Below, one piece after another: positions 62,979 through 64,000 of a stretch of 64,000 bases of DNA. Where the stretch lies: NCBI GenBank assembly GCA_963766075.1, contig CAVYAN010000075.1:1-64000 (forward strand), written 5' to 3'. The notes below the pieces were generated by a model. It made no database searches, had not been told where the DNA came from, and saw only the letters and a list, made by a program, of their open reading frames with translations. The first letter of the stretch is position 1, and the number at the start of each line of letters is the position of its first letter. This stretch comes from an uncultured cyanobacterium. Its GTDB lineage: Bacteria; Cyanobacteriota; Cyanobacteriia; Leptolyngbyales; Leptolyngbyaceae. Made by a program: the position numbers and the translations under genes.

Positions 62979-64000
62979 TCACGCTACCCTCTGGGTCGGA
63001 TGCAGCCGCTCCATGCCCCCCAGCCCGAACAACCACACCAGCACCACCAACCAATGGATCCCGACAATCAGCAGGAGCGAACCGGTCAGGCCATAGGTGA
63101 TGGTGCAGGTGACTCCCAGCAATGCCGTCAGACTGAGAAAGCGCCGATCGCAAAAGGTCGGATTCCCCCGTTTATAGAATATCTTGGCATTTAAGGGATG
63201 ATAGATCACAAACAGGATGAGGCCAGAAACCGCCCACAGGCCCCACATTTGCCACGTTGCGGCTTGGGGATAGGGCAACCACAGCACGCGAAACACAAAT
63301 TCTTCCACCAAGGCAGGCATAAATAAGAGCCTGAGTCCAGTGTGGAAATAATTGCGACGCGGGGCTTTCCAGACCTGACGGGACAAAAAGCCTTGGGAGA
63401 AGCCAAGGGGCACTGCGATCGCGCCATAAATCAGCAATGCCGTGATTGCCATCAACCAGTCACTCGCAGCAGGCAGGTTAATGGCACCCAAAATCCGGGT
63501 GAGGATGACGGCAATGACAGCGATCGGGGTGCCGGGAATGGCCCAGCGCCCAAAAGCCTTGGTGGGAGCAATAGGAAAAATATCCGGATTGTGGCCGCCG
63601 ACTTGATTGGTGCGGAGGAACCACAGCTTGGCCCCATGGCGCAAAAACATGATGCTGAGTTCATCCTGGGTTTGGCGCGGCAAAATTGTCCGCCAACTCG
63701 TCAGCGCTGCCAAAAGATTTTCGGTCCCTTTCGCGCTGGTGCGCCGGAAGGTGCGATCGCGAATTTCCGTGCCCGAGAGGGCATCACTGTTGGATTTCCA
63801 GTCCTCCCGCACAATGCCCAGGGGCATGAGTTGCTTTTCCACTTCATCGCCCAACTGGATCAAGTGGTGAAATCGTTCCGTTGTTGGGTCCTGGGGATGG
63901 GCCGCGAGCCAATCCTGAATGGCGGGACTATTAGCCACCCGACGGCGGACCTGTTGCACCGTGGCAAATAGGGCCTGATTGGAATCCTGGACACAGGAGG
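62979..64000 (-). CDS. CPBP/Abi (CAAX-like) intramembrane protease, 5' part beyond window
   Basis: PALVEEFVFR, FVIYHPLNA, GIHWLVV; N-terminal soluble domain runs off the edge. Confidence 0.85.
   Translation of the reverse strand, partial: SCVQDSNQALFATVQQVRRRVANSPAIQDWLAAHPQDPTTERFHHLIQLGDEVEKQLMPLGIVREDWKSNSDALSGTEIRDRTFRRTSAKGTENLLAALTSWRTILPRQTQDELSIMFLRHGAKLWFLRTNQVGGHNPDIFPIAPTKAFGRWAIPGTPIAVIAVILTRILGAINLPAASDWLMAITALLIYGAIAVPLGFSQGFLSRQVWKAPRRNYFHTGLRLLFMPALVEEFVFRVLWLPYPQAATWQMWGLWAVSGLILFVIYHPLNAKIFYKRGNPTFCDRRFLSLTALLGVTCTITYGLTGSLLLIVGIHWLVVLVWLFGLGGMERLHPTQRVA

Overview
Most of this window (about 3.5-64 kb) is cyanobacterial chromosome. Supporting signs are abundant HIP1 GCGATCGC octamers, split-intein dnaE-N, petF, ccaA, bvdR, Ycf36 and a Tab2-like fragment. 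The first ~3.4 kb is a much more GC-rich, HIP1-free block (PadR regulator plus FtsX-type ABC exporter) that looks like a chimeric join or foreign DNA. Indel frameshifts are very dense left of ~10 kb and sporadic elsewhere, mostly consistent with long-read errors. Four loci stand out. (1) A cobalt-type nitrile hydratase cluster has both a COG0523 GTPase and a P14K-type accessory gene, a translationally coupled Tat-signal FGE-fold protein and a divergent CbtB/His-rich cobalt-uptake pair; decayed toxin-antitoxin pairs, an IS remnant and a MITE flank it. (2) A co-oriented run encodes a secreted CHAT protease, a secreted DUF928 protein with four GGA(S/A)R repeats, a CHASE2 hybrid kinase, a REC-kinase and an alpha-2-macroglobulin; this may be an extracytoplasmic protease-triggered signalling cascade. 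(3) An orphan pstB - CHAD - atypical pyruvate kinase unit suggests a polyphosphate link. (4) A papain-family protease carries a duplicated, extremely acidic tail. The rest is housekeeping: ilvB, sulfate ABC, cystine lyase, sufE, srx/dps, tsaE, OGT and Rpn. All calls come from motif recognition by eye; no searches were run.
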